Positions 1-11,125 of a stretch of DNA of 64,000 nucleotides are shown here, piece after piece. The notes beneath the pieces are model-generated. The model made no database searches, was not told where the DNA came from, and saw only the letters and a list, made by a program, of their open reading frames with translations. Numbering within the stretch: position 1 is the stretch's first letter; the number at the start of each line of letters is the position of its first letter. The translations under genes and the position numbers were made by a program. The stretch comes from Phoronis australis. Its lineage: Eukaryota > Animalia > Phoronida. The DNA is taken from assembly GCA_002633005.1 (NCBI GenBank), contig NMRA01000332.1, positions 313,392 through 377,391 on the forward strand. Direction: 5' to 3'.

Positions 1-93
1 TTTTAAAATTCCTCATCAAATGCTGATCATTAGTTTTCCAATTACTAAAATCATAAAACTTAAGAGAATCTATGCTGTCCTTACACAATACAG

Positions 94-99
94 TTTATT
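94..99 (-). promoter_or_regulatory. Candidate polyadenylation signal AATAAA of the Cpes-like gene
   Basis: First canonical AATAAA I found on the minus strand after the stop codon; implies a 3' UTR of about 1.1 kb. Confidence 0.4.
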
Positions 100-1213
100 A
101 TAATAAGTAACCCTTTGAAAGCATGGCAGATAATTAGTCTGCATGTTGTCCTGCCAGACAAAATACTGCATTCATCAGTTAACAAAGGAGCCAGATGTTA
201 TCAAACCTTCACAACCAGCATAATATGGTGTATTATAGAGAGTGTAGGAAGGGTTACATAAGTGAGACTAAACAGTCACTGAAGAACAGGATTTACCATG
301 GATTATTCACCCAGCATCATTCAGATATTTACGAGACCTTCGCTTTTGACACCTAAACATGGTGAAACGCACCTTTGACTAAACACGCTAACTAATTTTG
401 CAAGTCCACAGAAGAGTTTGAGAGTCAGTTAATTGAGTTTTCGCACGTGTGAACTGTGTGAGGCACCACATTAACACGTACACTCACTGTATATTTCAGG
501 TAGTCTAGCTGAGTACATATCATTGCTCCAGAGGGTGTGATAGAGCTGTCCCAGATTCCACAGCGACACTCAAGTCTCGCTGTATTTGCCCACCATGCCG
601 TAAACATCCGTCAGGCACATTTGCTGCCTCGTTTTTCATGCCACTGGAGTTTCACACGATATTTTTTGTTGTCTCATTCTTAACAAGTTTTTCTCGGTTG
701 CATTACTCTATTGGTCCTTCCAATGTCAACGAAGTATTGCTGCTGGGGTGTGACTCTGACGTGAAAAAGTTTGATAAACTGGACAAATACCCATGAATGT
801 GTGATCTGACACCCGGCACCAATGAGAAACACGAAAATGGGTCTGACTTCCAAAACTGGGTCACATCCTTTCTTATCTCCAACGCAAAAGAAAGTTCTAT
901 CACTCTGTAATCCAAGACGACCCTACTAAAGCGCTGACAAACCCGTGTTCCATCAAACAAATGAACGTGTGATTTAGACTTTAGATTTTGCCACATTAAA
1001 ATTGGTTTCAATTTTTTACTTCTTCAGGTGAGAGGTAATTAATAGGCTCACAAACCGAACGTTCATAATTCCTCGAGACCATGCTCGGACCATAAAATGA
1101 CAGGTTGTGACAAGCCAACCAGTAATAAGTAACTGTACAAGTAATAACGATAATTCATTTTTTTGAAGTCCAGAAATCACCTCTAATTTCATAATGGTAA
1201 ATGGTCTGCAGGT

Positions 1214-1342
1214 TCATCGCCGTTTTAAAACTTGCAGGAGCATGTGCGTAGCAATACTTACATACTGAAGATGGATCTGTGTAGCAACAATGAGAATAAT
1301 CAACAGACTGTAACCTATATATTGGATCCAGTTCAGGAACTC
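1214..1342 (-). CDS. Cpes: Cpes-like terminal coding exon (EFLNWIQYIGYSLLIILIVATQIHLQYVSIATHMLLQVLKRR*)
   Basis: Acceptor ttttcttatctctgcag|GAG, phase 0, stop TGA at 1216-1214. Continues DKLW into EFL..IQY.G, as expected for the last Cpes helix. Confidence 0.85.
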   Translation of the reverse strand, partial: EFLNWIQYIGYSLLIILIVATQIHLQYVSIATHMLLQVLKRR

Positions 1343-1805
1343 CTGCAGAGATAAGAAAAATGACTGTTTAAAAGTCTGCAATAACAAGGTTCAATCAACA
1401 AGGCCTTTCCCACCAACTACAAGACCAAAAATGTTGAAATGCGACAAACGGTATGCTTCTAGGTGTGTTCATTAACATAAAAAATGGACAATAGGTGGAG
1501 TAGCCGAATTTCATGAAAATCCAACCAGTGTTTACTCCAAAGATACAGACGCAAACGTAATAAAATAGAATTGCTATTACGAGGCTTAGTGTTGGTTGGA
1601 TCAGTCTGAAAGAAGTTGTCATCCGTTGCTACATTCATAGCACACAAAACCTGTAAGGGGTTTAGGAGATACCATAGTGGATTAGGAGATACCATTGTGG
1701 ATGCAAAAAACAAACTTCACACCAGGGAGTGTCACAGTAATCCAACATATTCAAACATTAACATCAGTCCTTGTAGTTGTCAGTAGGATAACATCTGCCA
1801 ATTTT

Positions 1806-2301
1806 CAGGGCTTGGAATGACCAATGACAAAAAAACGCGGAAACTTTTACGGCCCAAATCATGCGCGCTACCCAGCCTTGAAATGGTCGATGTGAACCTT
1901 TCCCCGACAAAAATCGGTGGGGCTAAAGAAAAAAGAAAGAAAAACGTTACCACCATCAGTAGCATGCGTCTGCGTCCTTTTAGCTCGTCCGTCCACTCCC
2001 AACCCACTGCAGAGCCGTCATTGTCGCCGCGGTTTACAATAACACGAGACTCCATTGAAAATCCCACCACGCTATCCCAGATGCCCCGGCAATGTTGACA
2101 ATTTACGTTCCTCCAAAACATAAAGAGCAACTTCCGCTTTTCGAGGTGAACGTCGTCTGCAAAGCCACGGTAAGAAAGGAATTTGCCGCGGAAATTTTAT
2201 ATCAAATCTGATTTTTTTTACGCGGAAATATAATAAAATGCGTGGACAGAACATTTGAAAAAAGCGGAAATCCACGTTTCCGCGGAAAATTCCAAGCCCT
2301 G
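1806..2301. mobile_element. hAT-like non-autonomous element (MITE)
   Basis: TIR cagggcttgga...tccaagccctg, flanked by aatttt on both sides; subterminal cgcggaaa repeats. A related left end is at 26291. Confidence 0.7.
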
Positions 2302-3013
2302 AATTTTCTCAATGAACCTTTTGAGCAGTTTGGATGCTTAAGAGACTGGTACCAACAAAAATAATAAGCCTCAGGCCACCAGGTGGAGCACATTCAGGGC
2401 CCTCGATCCCCAGAGGGGTGCCCGTGCCCTCTGAATTTTTTGGGGTGAGCGGAAAATTCTACCATCTAATCAGCATTAATAGCACCCCCTAAACCTGTTG
2501 CAAGCGCTCATGGACCGTGTCTCAAGTAGCCAAAACTAACACTTTGTGCTTTTTCAAATTGTCACGTGCGAACTAAAAGTGATTCGGACCTTGATGGGAA
2601 TTTTTCAATCATTTTTTGGCCTCGTGAGGAGAATTTCGCAAGATTTTCAATATTTTTCAGAGTGAATGGGGCTGTTTGTTTGAGAGACTGAGCAGACTGA
2701 TAATGTGTCTGATGTGTTTGAAAATAAAGAGATACTATAGCACCAGAAAGCAGATGACCAGACAGAGATGATGACAATAGATACCCACACAGAGACCCTT
2801 CTTAACGCGCCATACAAAGGAGTCTTTCAGTGTTTATACCCCACTTGTCTTCATCGTGGAGCTGAAAACCAGGTATCCCAATAGTGTTCAGCACGAAAGA
2901 AAATGTAGCACCATGTAACTGTAATATTAAGGCCAAAAAAGCAAAGCTGGTTCTTGTCTCAGTTTAGTTCCTGAAGATTGAGTTGGTGGTGCCATTTTTT
3001 AATTGCTCACTCA

Positions 3014-4187
3014 AACAAGAGCAACGCAGAGCGTTGAAATGCGCCCACAATTGCACCGTATAAGGTATCCTTCTAGGGTTGTTTATTGGTACCATAAAGT
3101 GGCCAGTAGAGGGCATATATGTAGTATGTTGTACCGTAAATGTTCGGGTTAACGCCCTGGGCGGTTAAATTGGCAAACCCAAAAAATCGGGGGTGGGCGG
3201 TTAACCAGACATGTGCGCTTAAACGTGAAATTTCAAGAAATCCAGGGTGGGCGGTTAACTTTGCAAAATGGAAAGGCATGGTCATTGTCTCCTCAATAGG
3301 CTAAGGGGCAAAATGTGAGTGATCTTCATAATACAAGCACACCCTATACATCAGTTGCTTAAAGCACCACAGAAACATAGAATTAAAAACAAATTTACCA
3401 ACATACGAGATTAGCACAGCATTAAAATGCCAGAAACAAATTTCTACTTGGAACTTTTCCTTCATAGTCACGAAGTAACACAAAGTATACACCTGAAGAC
3501 CTATGAAAATACATAGGTCAATGTAAAATACTTAAATTGCCGCTAGAGGCATACCGGTAGGCAGAATCATCCTAAAGTCGTCATCGTCCGTTGTCAACAT
3601 CACATAAATACACTTGCTAAATTTACTAAAGATCCAGGTGCAAACGGTTTGGGAGATACAGCCATGGGCGCAAAAAACTGCCACTAGGAGGCGCCACAGT
3701 AATCAAAGTCATGGGAAATTCAGCGTCAACCGTCCTCTTCATAGTAAGAACATACATGCCAATTTTCACAATCATACTTAGAGCGGTTTGCTTGATAGAG
3801 GGGTGGACGTCAAAAAACAAACTCAAAAACAATAAAAATGGCCACTGGGTGGCGCAAACTATGTCGAATCCATCTGAAAACGGGAGGATAGCATTATCTC
3901 ACTAATAGGTGCCTACATACCAAATTTCATGAAAATCCGTTCAGGACTTTTGAAGATGCAAAGGTAAGCGTAAAAAACTAAAATTGCCACTAGGGGACAG
4001 ACCGGTAGTCGGATCCATCCGAAAGTTCGCGCATGCCGTCCCATTCATGATTGGAACATATGTGCCAAATTTCATGAACATATGTCAAAGGGTTTTGGAG
4101 ATAGAGCAGCGGACGCCGGATGGACGGACGAACGGACGGACAGAGATGACGGCATAATACGTCCACATATAAATATGTGGGCGTATA
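3014..4187 (+). mobile_element. DINE-1/HINE-like non-autonomous Helentron-type element, copy A
   Basis: One end aacaagagCAACGCagaGCGTTGaaatgcgcccaca; internal ~140-160-bp subunits; (GGAC)n microsatellite; other end hairpin atacgtccacat-ataaat-atgtgggcgtat; A-rich flanks, no TSD. This matches DINE-1/HINE architecture. Confidence 0.75.
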
Positions 4188-7100
4188 ATAAAAATGATAT
4201 TTTCATCATACAACTCCACAGAACCAAATTGAGGTGGCCCAGATAGAAAGAAGTCAGGTCGTTAGTTACAGCAACACCAGTCAGATGGCGTAACATGACA
4301 CATTAGCAAAGAGCCATTCATACCTTTTGAACATACCAATGTCTATTTGTTTAGAAATGTCTCAATACATTTTTTTTTTTAATTTGGTGATGGCAAGAGC
4401 AAGGCATTTTGCTTAATGATGAAATAATTTGTTGAAGTGACAGTCATTGAAGGTAAAATGAAGAACAAAGTAATCCTTTCAAGCTGATAATTGTTTGATA
4501 TGCCACAACTGAACCATGACAAGGAAAAACACGATTTGTAACTTGCAGAAAATAGTACTAGGGTTTTGGAGAGGGAATTGAACCCAGAGTTGCCTAGACA
4601 CCTAATCTTGCTAATAAAAGTCAAATGGTCATCAAATGTCAACCCTTCACCTAGCAACATGCATAGCAGTTTAATTTTCCAATAGTGTAACAGGGATGTG
4701 CTCCTTGAACTATAGGGTCGGTGACACAGAATGATTCTGAAGATACAGTAATCACTGTACAATTTCGCACATTCTAATATTAGCACAGCCAAAATTAGTA
4801 AACAAAAACAATATTTTTACTGTTTTGTAAAATTGAACATGATGCAAATGGCCAGCACATTACTTTCTATTGGTGCACATTCCCTTTTGAATGCACACTG
4901 ACCCAATTCCAAAAGTTTGTGTAACAATTCTTACCTGCTTTCGCATCTTAAGTTCAAACAATGAGACTTTCTTGGACTAGGTAGAACACGCAAACACATA
5001 GAAAAATAGAAAATGTGGTCAGCAAGGTCTAGGTTTCAATAAAATGGCAATAACAGACAATTGCTTTATCTTTAGAATACGCTTTGTTTCTGTTTTACAT
5101 CATAGTGTACTTTGCATGTCCGAAGCTTTAGGTGACCAAAATATAAAACAAAACAATCAAAACGCCTGTTTGGTCCTAGTATACTTCAACTTATAACACA
5201 TTTGATCAAGAAAACAGACTTTTCCATTTGTATTACTGTCAAAAACCTTTCTGTTAATTCAAACATTGGTTGCCAACATTTTGTACATTGGCGTTACAAT
5301 ATTTATGGCCATTCCACTTACTCCGCTCACCCCCACCTCTTGAAAAATATATTTAATTTTGTGCAAATATGTAGATTTCCCATGTTCACCAAAACATTTC
5401 ACACTTCTCTATTCCTTAACCACAGCAAACTTCAGGGGTATTTTGATGATTAAGATAAGACCTCTAGTTGAGCTATTATGAGCACAAACCAGGCCAACCT
5501 GTCTGACAACTGGGCATGCTCAGACACTGCTATCACTAACAGCCACCTGTGTTCCCCAGTCACCAAACATAAAAGCTGCCAGTCATAAAGGTAAACAAGC
5601 CTGTGATCTATGCTGTTCAGATCCCAACCAGTATGGATAATTCTCAATTAACAGCCACAAAATGGATTTCAGAGTAGGTGTACAAATGTACTTTACAGTA
5701 CCTAACAGGTGATTGTCCCCACAAGGAATAATTTGTGGATAAAAATATCACCAACAAGAAATATTTTATTTTGACAAGAACAACAACGGGTATTTTTTTG
5801 TAATTGTTCTGAACACAACTACAACTTTTTATTTCAAGCATGTTCCCATAACTATACAGATTTCGCTAGAACAGCCAGGAGGGCGGAGGTTGAATTGCAA
5901 GAATTACAGATATAAAACACTTACTTTATTGTCTATCAGGTCAAGAAAGCCATGACTGTGACTGACATTTTACACACCAACTTTATGGCCTATCTGAGGC
6001 CAAGAGAACTGTAGTGGCTCAGATTTTTTAATTGTTTCAAACGACAGAGATGTAAGGCTGTCAAAGATGAAGGTTTCAAACGATGAGATTTTGATGGGTG
6101 ATAAATTGCAAGAGGCTTATATAATTATGGAATGTGTTCTGGAATGGAAAAAAAGTTCTCCAGTTTTGGTCAAGGTCGGAGCTCGCAAAAAATTTTAGAA
6201 ATAGGCAGCACGGCCTTCCCAAATTCAAGAATTATGAGAATTTTGCACAAGTACATATTTTTTTCGACCATTTTATCTTAGACTTAATGCACAGTCCAAT
6301 ATTTGAGAAACATGTTGAATTATCCGCCCCAATCTTCAGAATCGAGAAAAATCAATTTTGGCTCGAATTAGAGGGTCCTAAATTTTAAGGACTGACCCAA
6401 ATTGGAGAAGTTTTAGTGTCAGTTTAAACTCTTGTGTCTGCTCTTCATAGCATCCCATAGAGAGTTCTGCACACTTGTAATACACCATTGACTGCAAATT
6501 TGAAGCATCCTATAGAGGCTTTTTCAGCACCCTGTGGAGGACAACAGTTGAGTGACTGATTCTGATGTTATCACTCCACCTGTTTGAGATTACTCTTCTC
6601 TGAGTCTGATCTAAGATTGAGCATGGATATAAATTATGTGTCCTCCCATATGCATTCTCTTCATTACTGCATGTCATTAGTATTTGGCAGTTATTGTTTT
6701 AGGTGGTAACACAAGAGTGTGTAACAGCCTGGGTCATCATGGTCTCTGCTATTCAGAATACATAGGGAGCAACAAAGCTGGACCTGCGTTATGAAGAATC
6801 AAGTTTGTGCCCTAATAAAAAATTTAACATGCTTCCAGAAGGAATACTACAGCCAAGCTCCCCCCACCCCCCAATGTACACCCATCAGGCTCTAGTTTCG
6901 AAGTCATAATTGAAAATTTTCTACGGTTTGTAGTGTTACCAAATTGAACAGTCAACGATTGCCTAGGAAAAAACTTGATCAAACGAGGCTTTACAAGAAA
7001 AAGGACAGCATTTACTTCAGCAAATTTTTGGCTTATGTGCAAAATAAGAGGGTAAAGCTGCATTTCACCCTCTTTAGCTGGTTACAAACGGAAAATTGAA

Positions 7101-7698
7101 TTGGGCCTTTTACTGTTACAAAATTGACGTCGTAACATTCTTTACCTTGATAGGATTTTATTTACATTACCAACAAGAACATAGGAATCATTAACAACTC
7201 AAGAAAACTCTTCAGAGTTTAATAGAGATGGCCAACCCCAAAATTGTGAATTCGAAAATGGCAGATGTAGGCTTTGCCTGTGACAATTGAGTTGGTGACG
7301 GAAATGGAAACTTATCATTGAAAGGACTGACACGAGACAACTTTTATGAAACTAAAAGGTCTAAATACTGTTTTTGTTTTTGCCAGACAAATACTGGGAG
7401 GTGCACCTTTAAGGAACAGTACGAGTACCATAAGATCTCTTCAATACACATTTTCTTCTTCAGTACATGTATATGTTGCTCACACAGTTTCTGTCAGTAG
7501 GTTGATTTCCAAAAGTATACCCAGAATTACATTTGGGACAATTGAAAAGGTAAAAGTGTGGAATTGGGGCTTGCAATCATAAATTTGTTCGTTTTCTTGG
7601 AAGCCTATCTCACAAAGGCATTTACACTGTACATATTAAGTGCCGACCAGACTTAACCATATTAAGAACTTCATTTGTTGTTACTTAAGGCTTGAGGA

Positions 7699-7860
7699 CT
7701 GTCTAGACACTATCTAAACTAGTGCAAATAAGGTTTGGGGGGCTGTCTAGACGCTATCTAAACTAGTGCAAGTAAGGTTTGAGAGTTGTCCAGACGATAT
7801 CTAAACTAGTGCAAGTATAAGGTTTGGGGGATCTCTGGACACAAACTTAAACTAGTGCAA
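7699..7860. repeat. Minisatellite, ~40-bp unit x4 (ctgtctagacactatctaaactagtgcaagtaaggtttg)
   Basis: Direct reading of the tandem units. Confidence 0.8.
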
Positions 7861-7928
7861 CATTTGTGACAACTTACTCCACTTTAAAAGAATATATAGA
7901 CACTGAGGTTGGCCAGTAATGAAATATA

Positions 7929-8201
7929 ATATCAAATAAACACAGAAAAAACAGGAACCACAACTGGGAATCGAATCATAGGTCTCTAAATTGCTGGTCT
8001 AGTGCTCTTACCACTGAGCTTCTGAGGACCCGATATCAGTGCAATTACTGTTCACAGCCAATTACGAGTTAACAGTTGGCTGTAAACAGTAATTGCACAT
8101 CGGGTCCTCAGTAGCTCAGTCAGGTGACTGGACCGGCAATCTAGAAACCTGTAGTTCCATTCCCAGTTGGGGCTCCTGATTTTTCTGTGTTTATTTGATA
8201 T
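7929..8201. mobile_element. Palindromic MITE-like element built from two divergent tRNA-Ala-like units
   Basis: The whole element is an imperfect inverted repeat (atatcaaataaacacag...ctgtgtttatttgatat). Each arm contains a tRNA-like segment (8031-7954 minus, 8102-8176 plus). Confidence 0.7.
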
Positions 8202-8550
8202 ACACCTTATAAAGGTAGGGTTCCTTGTTCTAGGTTAACTTTATCACTGTGCAACCGCAAACATACCGGAAGTAATTATCTACAGCGCCGTACATTTCCA
8301 TCACCTGGTCATTATCTTGTGCAGAGTGACAACTATCCGTCTTGATCTAGTTATCGGAAATGTGTGCGTGTGCGGAAGCGGCGGTTAAGGTGGGGCGAGC
8401 TACACTGGTGCAAGATGTTCTAGGGTACGTCTGTGTGTGGACATGACTTTAGGCAAAGAGACACCTAGACACGACTAACCAATAGTTTATCAACAAAGGT
8501 GGCAATTAAAATTATTACACAAGCAGTAAATTATATAAGAAATGACTCAC

Positions 8551-8673
8551 CCATAGTTTATCTACAAAGATAGCTATTAAAAACATTTCCAGGAAGGAAT
8601 GAGCGTTTAAGATACGCCAAGACCACATGATGATCCATCCTGTAGTAGATTGTATTATCTGCAGTTGTGCTGC
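8551..8673 (-). CDS. Cpes: Cpes-like coding exon 2 (AAQLQIIQSTTGWIIMWSWRILNAHSFLEMFLIAIFVDKLW)
   Basis: Acceptor ttttcag| and donor TGG|gtgagt; 123 nt, phase 0/0, open frame. The peptide resembles the Cpes C-terminal membrane region (W..W....H......I..DKLW). Too short for the ORF track. Confidence 0.88.
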
Positions 8674-9773
8674 CTGAAAACAAAGCAGATTTCATTAGCA
8701 AAATATTATCAGTAGTCTAACACAAAATGATTGTGGAAACACTGAGGTGTGCAACAAGTATCCTAGGCACAGAAACAGGAAGGGGGAGGGCTACTAATGA
8801 TGATGCAGACATAGGGGGGGTAACTTCAAATTGCTCCATTACACCAATACTAAAGTAAAATGTCACCAATTTAGCACATAAAATGATGACTAAGTGAAAT
8901 TTTTTCTCACTTTTTCATAAAAGACATGCCGCACCGTATTAATGCTTTGCCATATTCAAGTTTTGTACCATAGTCACCGTCCGAAACTGTCTTGACACAG
9001 TGTGGGCATTCACAACAAAAGACCTTCAAAAACAAAATAAAGGTATGACAGAACCTCATCATGATAGTTGCCAAACTGCCTCGTTTTAAATTGTCAAGGT
9101 CATCTAAAATTGTCAGCTGGTAAACATGGTACAGAATTTGAAAATGGAGAAGCATTCATTTGAAGCTGAATATCCTTTACGGAAATGAGAAATATGAAAT
9201 TCCACTAATGTCCTAAATTGGTGAGGTTTTACCTTAACTAGAATAGCTTTTCAGTGTAGCACGGTCCATAGCACATAGACCCCTGTGGATTAGTGATTGT
9301 CAGTTTCTCCATTTTCATTCTAAACAGTTGTGAATACCTAGGATTTTTCTGTAAGATAGAAGCTGTGATGCAGAACGTGAAAATGACAGACGCCATTTGG
9401 TGTCACTTATCTGTACTGACAAAACAAGAAAATAAAAAGTCCATTTGCACACATAATGCTGTACCCTAAATTGATGAGATTTGTGTAAATTACATGGATA
9501 TTGGCACTACGAGAAACTCTGTATCAAGCTTTCAAACAAAAGGTTAATAGTCGTGTTTTCAATGAAGTTTGTGTTCATGAAGGGCTGCTTTAAGAACTAT
9601 ACGGATTATGGCAAAGAGAATGCCATGCAAAAGACCAGATCTGCCATGTACGGTGAAGGCTTTGAATTTAGCACAAAATAAAACTCTGGTAAAATTGTCC
9701 ACATGTCAAAAATGTAAGCAGACCCGAAGAGTGGAATATTGCGACTCGGCAATTATTTCTATGGGAAAATGGA

Positions 9774-11125
9774 AACAAGAGTAATGGGGAGCATTGAAAT
9801 GCGCCCACGAATGTATCGCATAAGATGGTGTGCTTTTAGGTTTATTTGTATCATAACAATGGCCACTACATGGCGCAAAAACGTACAATCCATCCAAAAA
9901 CGGGAACATGCCATATTTCATAAAAATCTGTTAAGGAACTTCAGAGAAACAAAGGAAAAAAGAACAAAATGAAATTGCCACTTGTGGGCACAGCGTCCGT
10001 TCCATCCGCCTGAAAGTCGTCGTCTGTTATCTTCATATCAATTCACTTACTGAATTTAATAATGGGTTTTGAAGATACAGCTGACTGGGCATAATACAAA
10101 ACAAAACTACCACTACGAGGCACCACAGTAGTCAGTCACCATCATCAAACGTCCTCTTCACACTGAAAACACGTACGCCAATTTTCAAAACCATCCCTAG
10201 AATGATTTGGTTGATCAAGGGGTGGATCCGTGTGAAAGTCCTCGTCCTTTGTTGTTAACATCATATCAATACACTTACTGAATTTAGTAAAGATCCTATG
10301 AACGGTTTAGGGGATATAGCCATAAGCGCAAAAAAAAACTGCCACTAGGAGGTTCCACAGTAGTCGAAGTCGTCAAAAAATCATCGTAAGCTGTCCACTT
10401 TAAAGTAAGAACATACATGCCAATTTTCACAATCATCCTTTGAGCGGTTTGGTTGGTAGAGGGGTGGACGCAAAAGAACAGACTCGAAAACAGCAAAAAT
10501 GGTCACTAGGTGGCGCAAACTACGTCAAATCCATCCGAAAACGGGAGGATAGCGTCATCTCCCTAATAGGTGCCTATATACTAAATTTTATGAAAATCCG
10601 TTCAGGACATTTGAGGATACAGAGATAAACGTAAAAAACTAAAATTGCCACTAGGGGACACACCAGTAGTCGGATTCGTCCGCAAGTTCGTTCATGCCGT
10701 CCCATCCACAGAAGGAACATGTGCACAATTTCATGAACATACATTAATGCGTTTTGGAGAGCAGCAGACGCCAAATGCCGGGCGGATGGAGATGACGGTA
10801 TAATGCGTCCACATATAAATATGTTATACAGAATTTGTTAAATGCACGACACTTTTCATTGTTCACGGTCTTTATTCCGTTGTGTTCATACTTTCTGAAC
10901 AAAACTCTACTCTCAACTGAACATAGATACAATAACTGACCTAGCAACATAATTAAAAGACACACGATATCGTGTTCTATGTTCAGTTGAGAGTAGAGTT
11001 TTGTTCAGAAAGTATGAACACAACGGAATAAAGACCATGAGCAATGAAAAGTGTCGTGCATTTAACAAATTCTGTAACAGAAAACTTGCTCCCGAAGTAC
11101 AGTCATATAAATATGTGGGCACATA
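9774..11125 (+). mobile_element. HINE-like element, copy B (terminal hairpin interrupted by a Penelope insertion)
   Basis: Same termini and subunits as copy A. Confidence 0.75.
10824..11103 (+). mobile_element. Truncated Penelope-like insertion consisting of inverted pLTR arms
   Basis: Both arms match 57848-58017. 12-bp TSD catataaatatg at 10812-10823 and 11104-11115. Confidence 0.85.

Noticed and set aside
425-1011. Minus-strand ORFs downstream of the Cpes stop
   Set aside because: No motifs; they lie in the probable 3' UTR.
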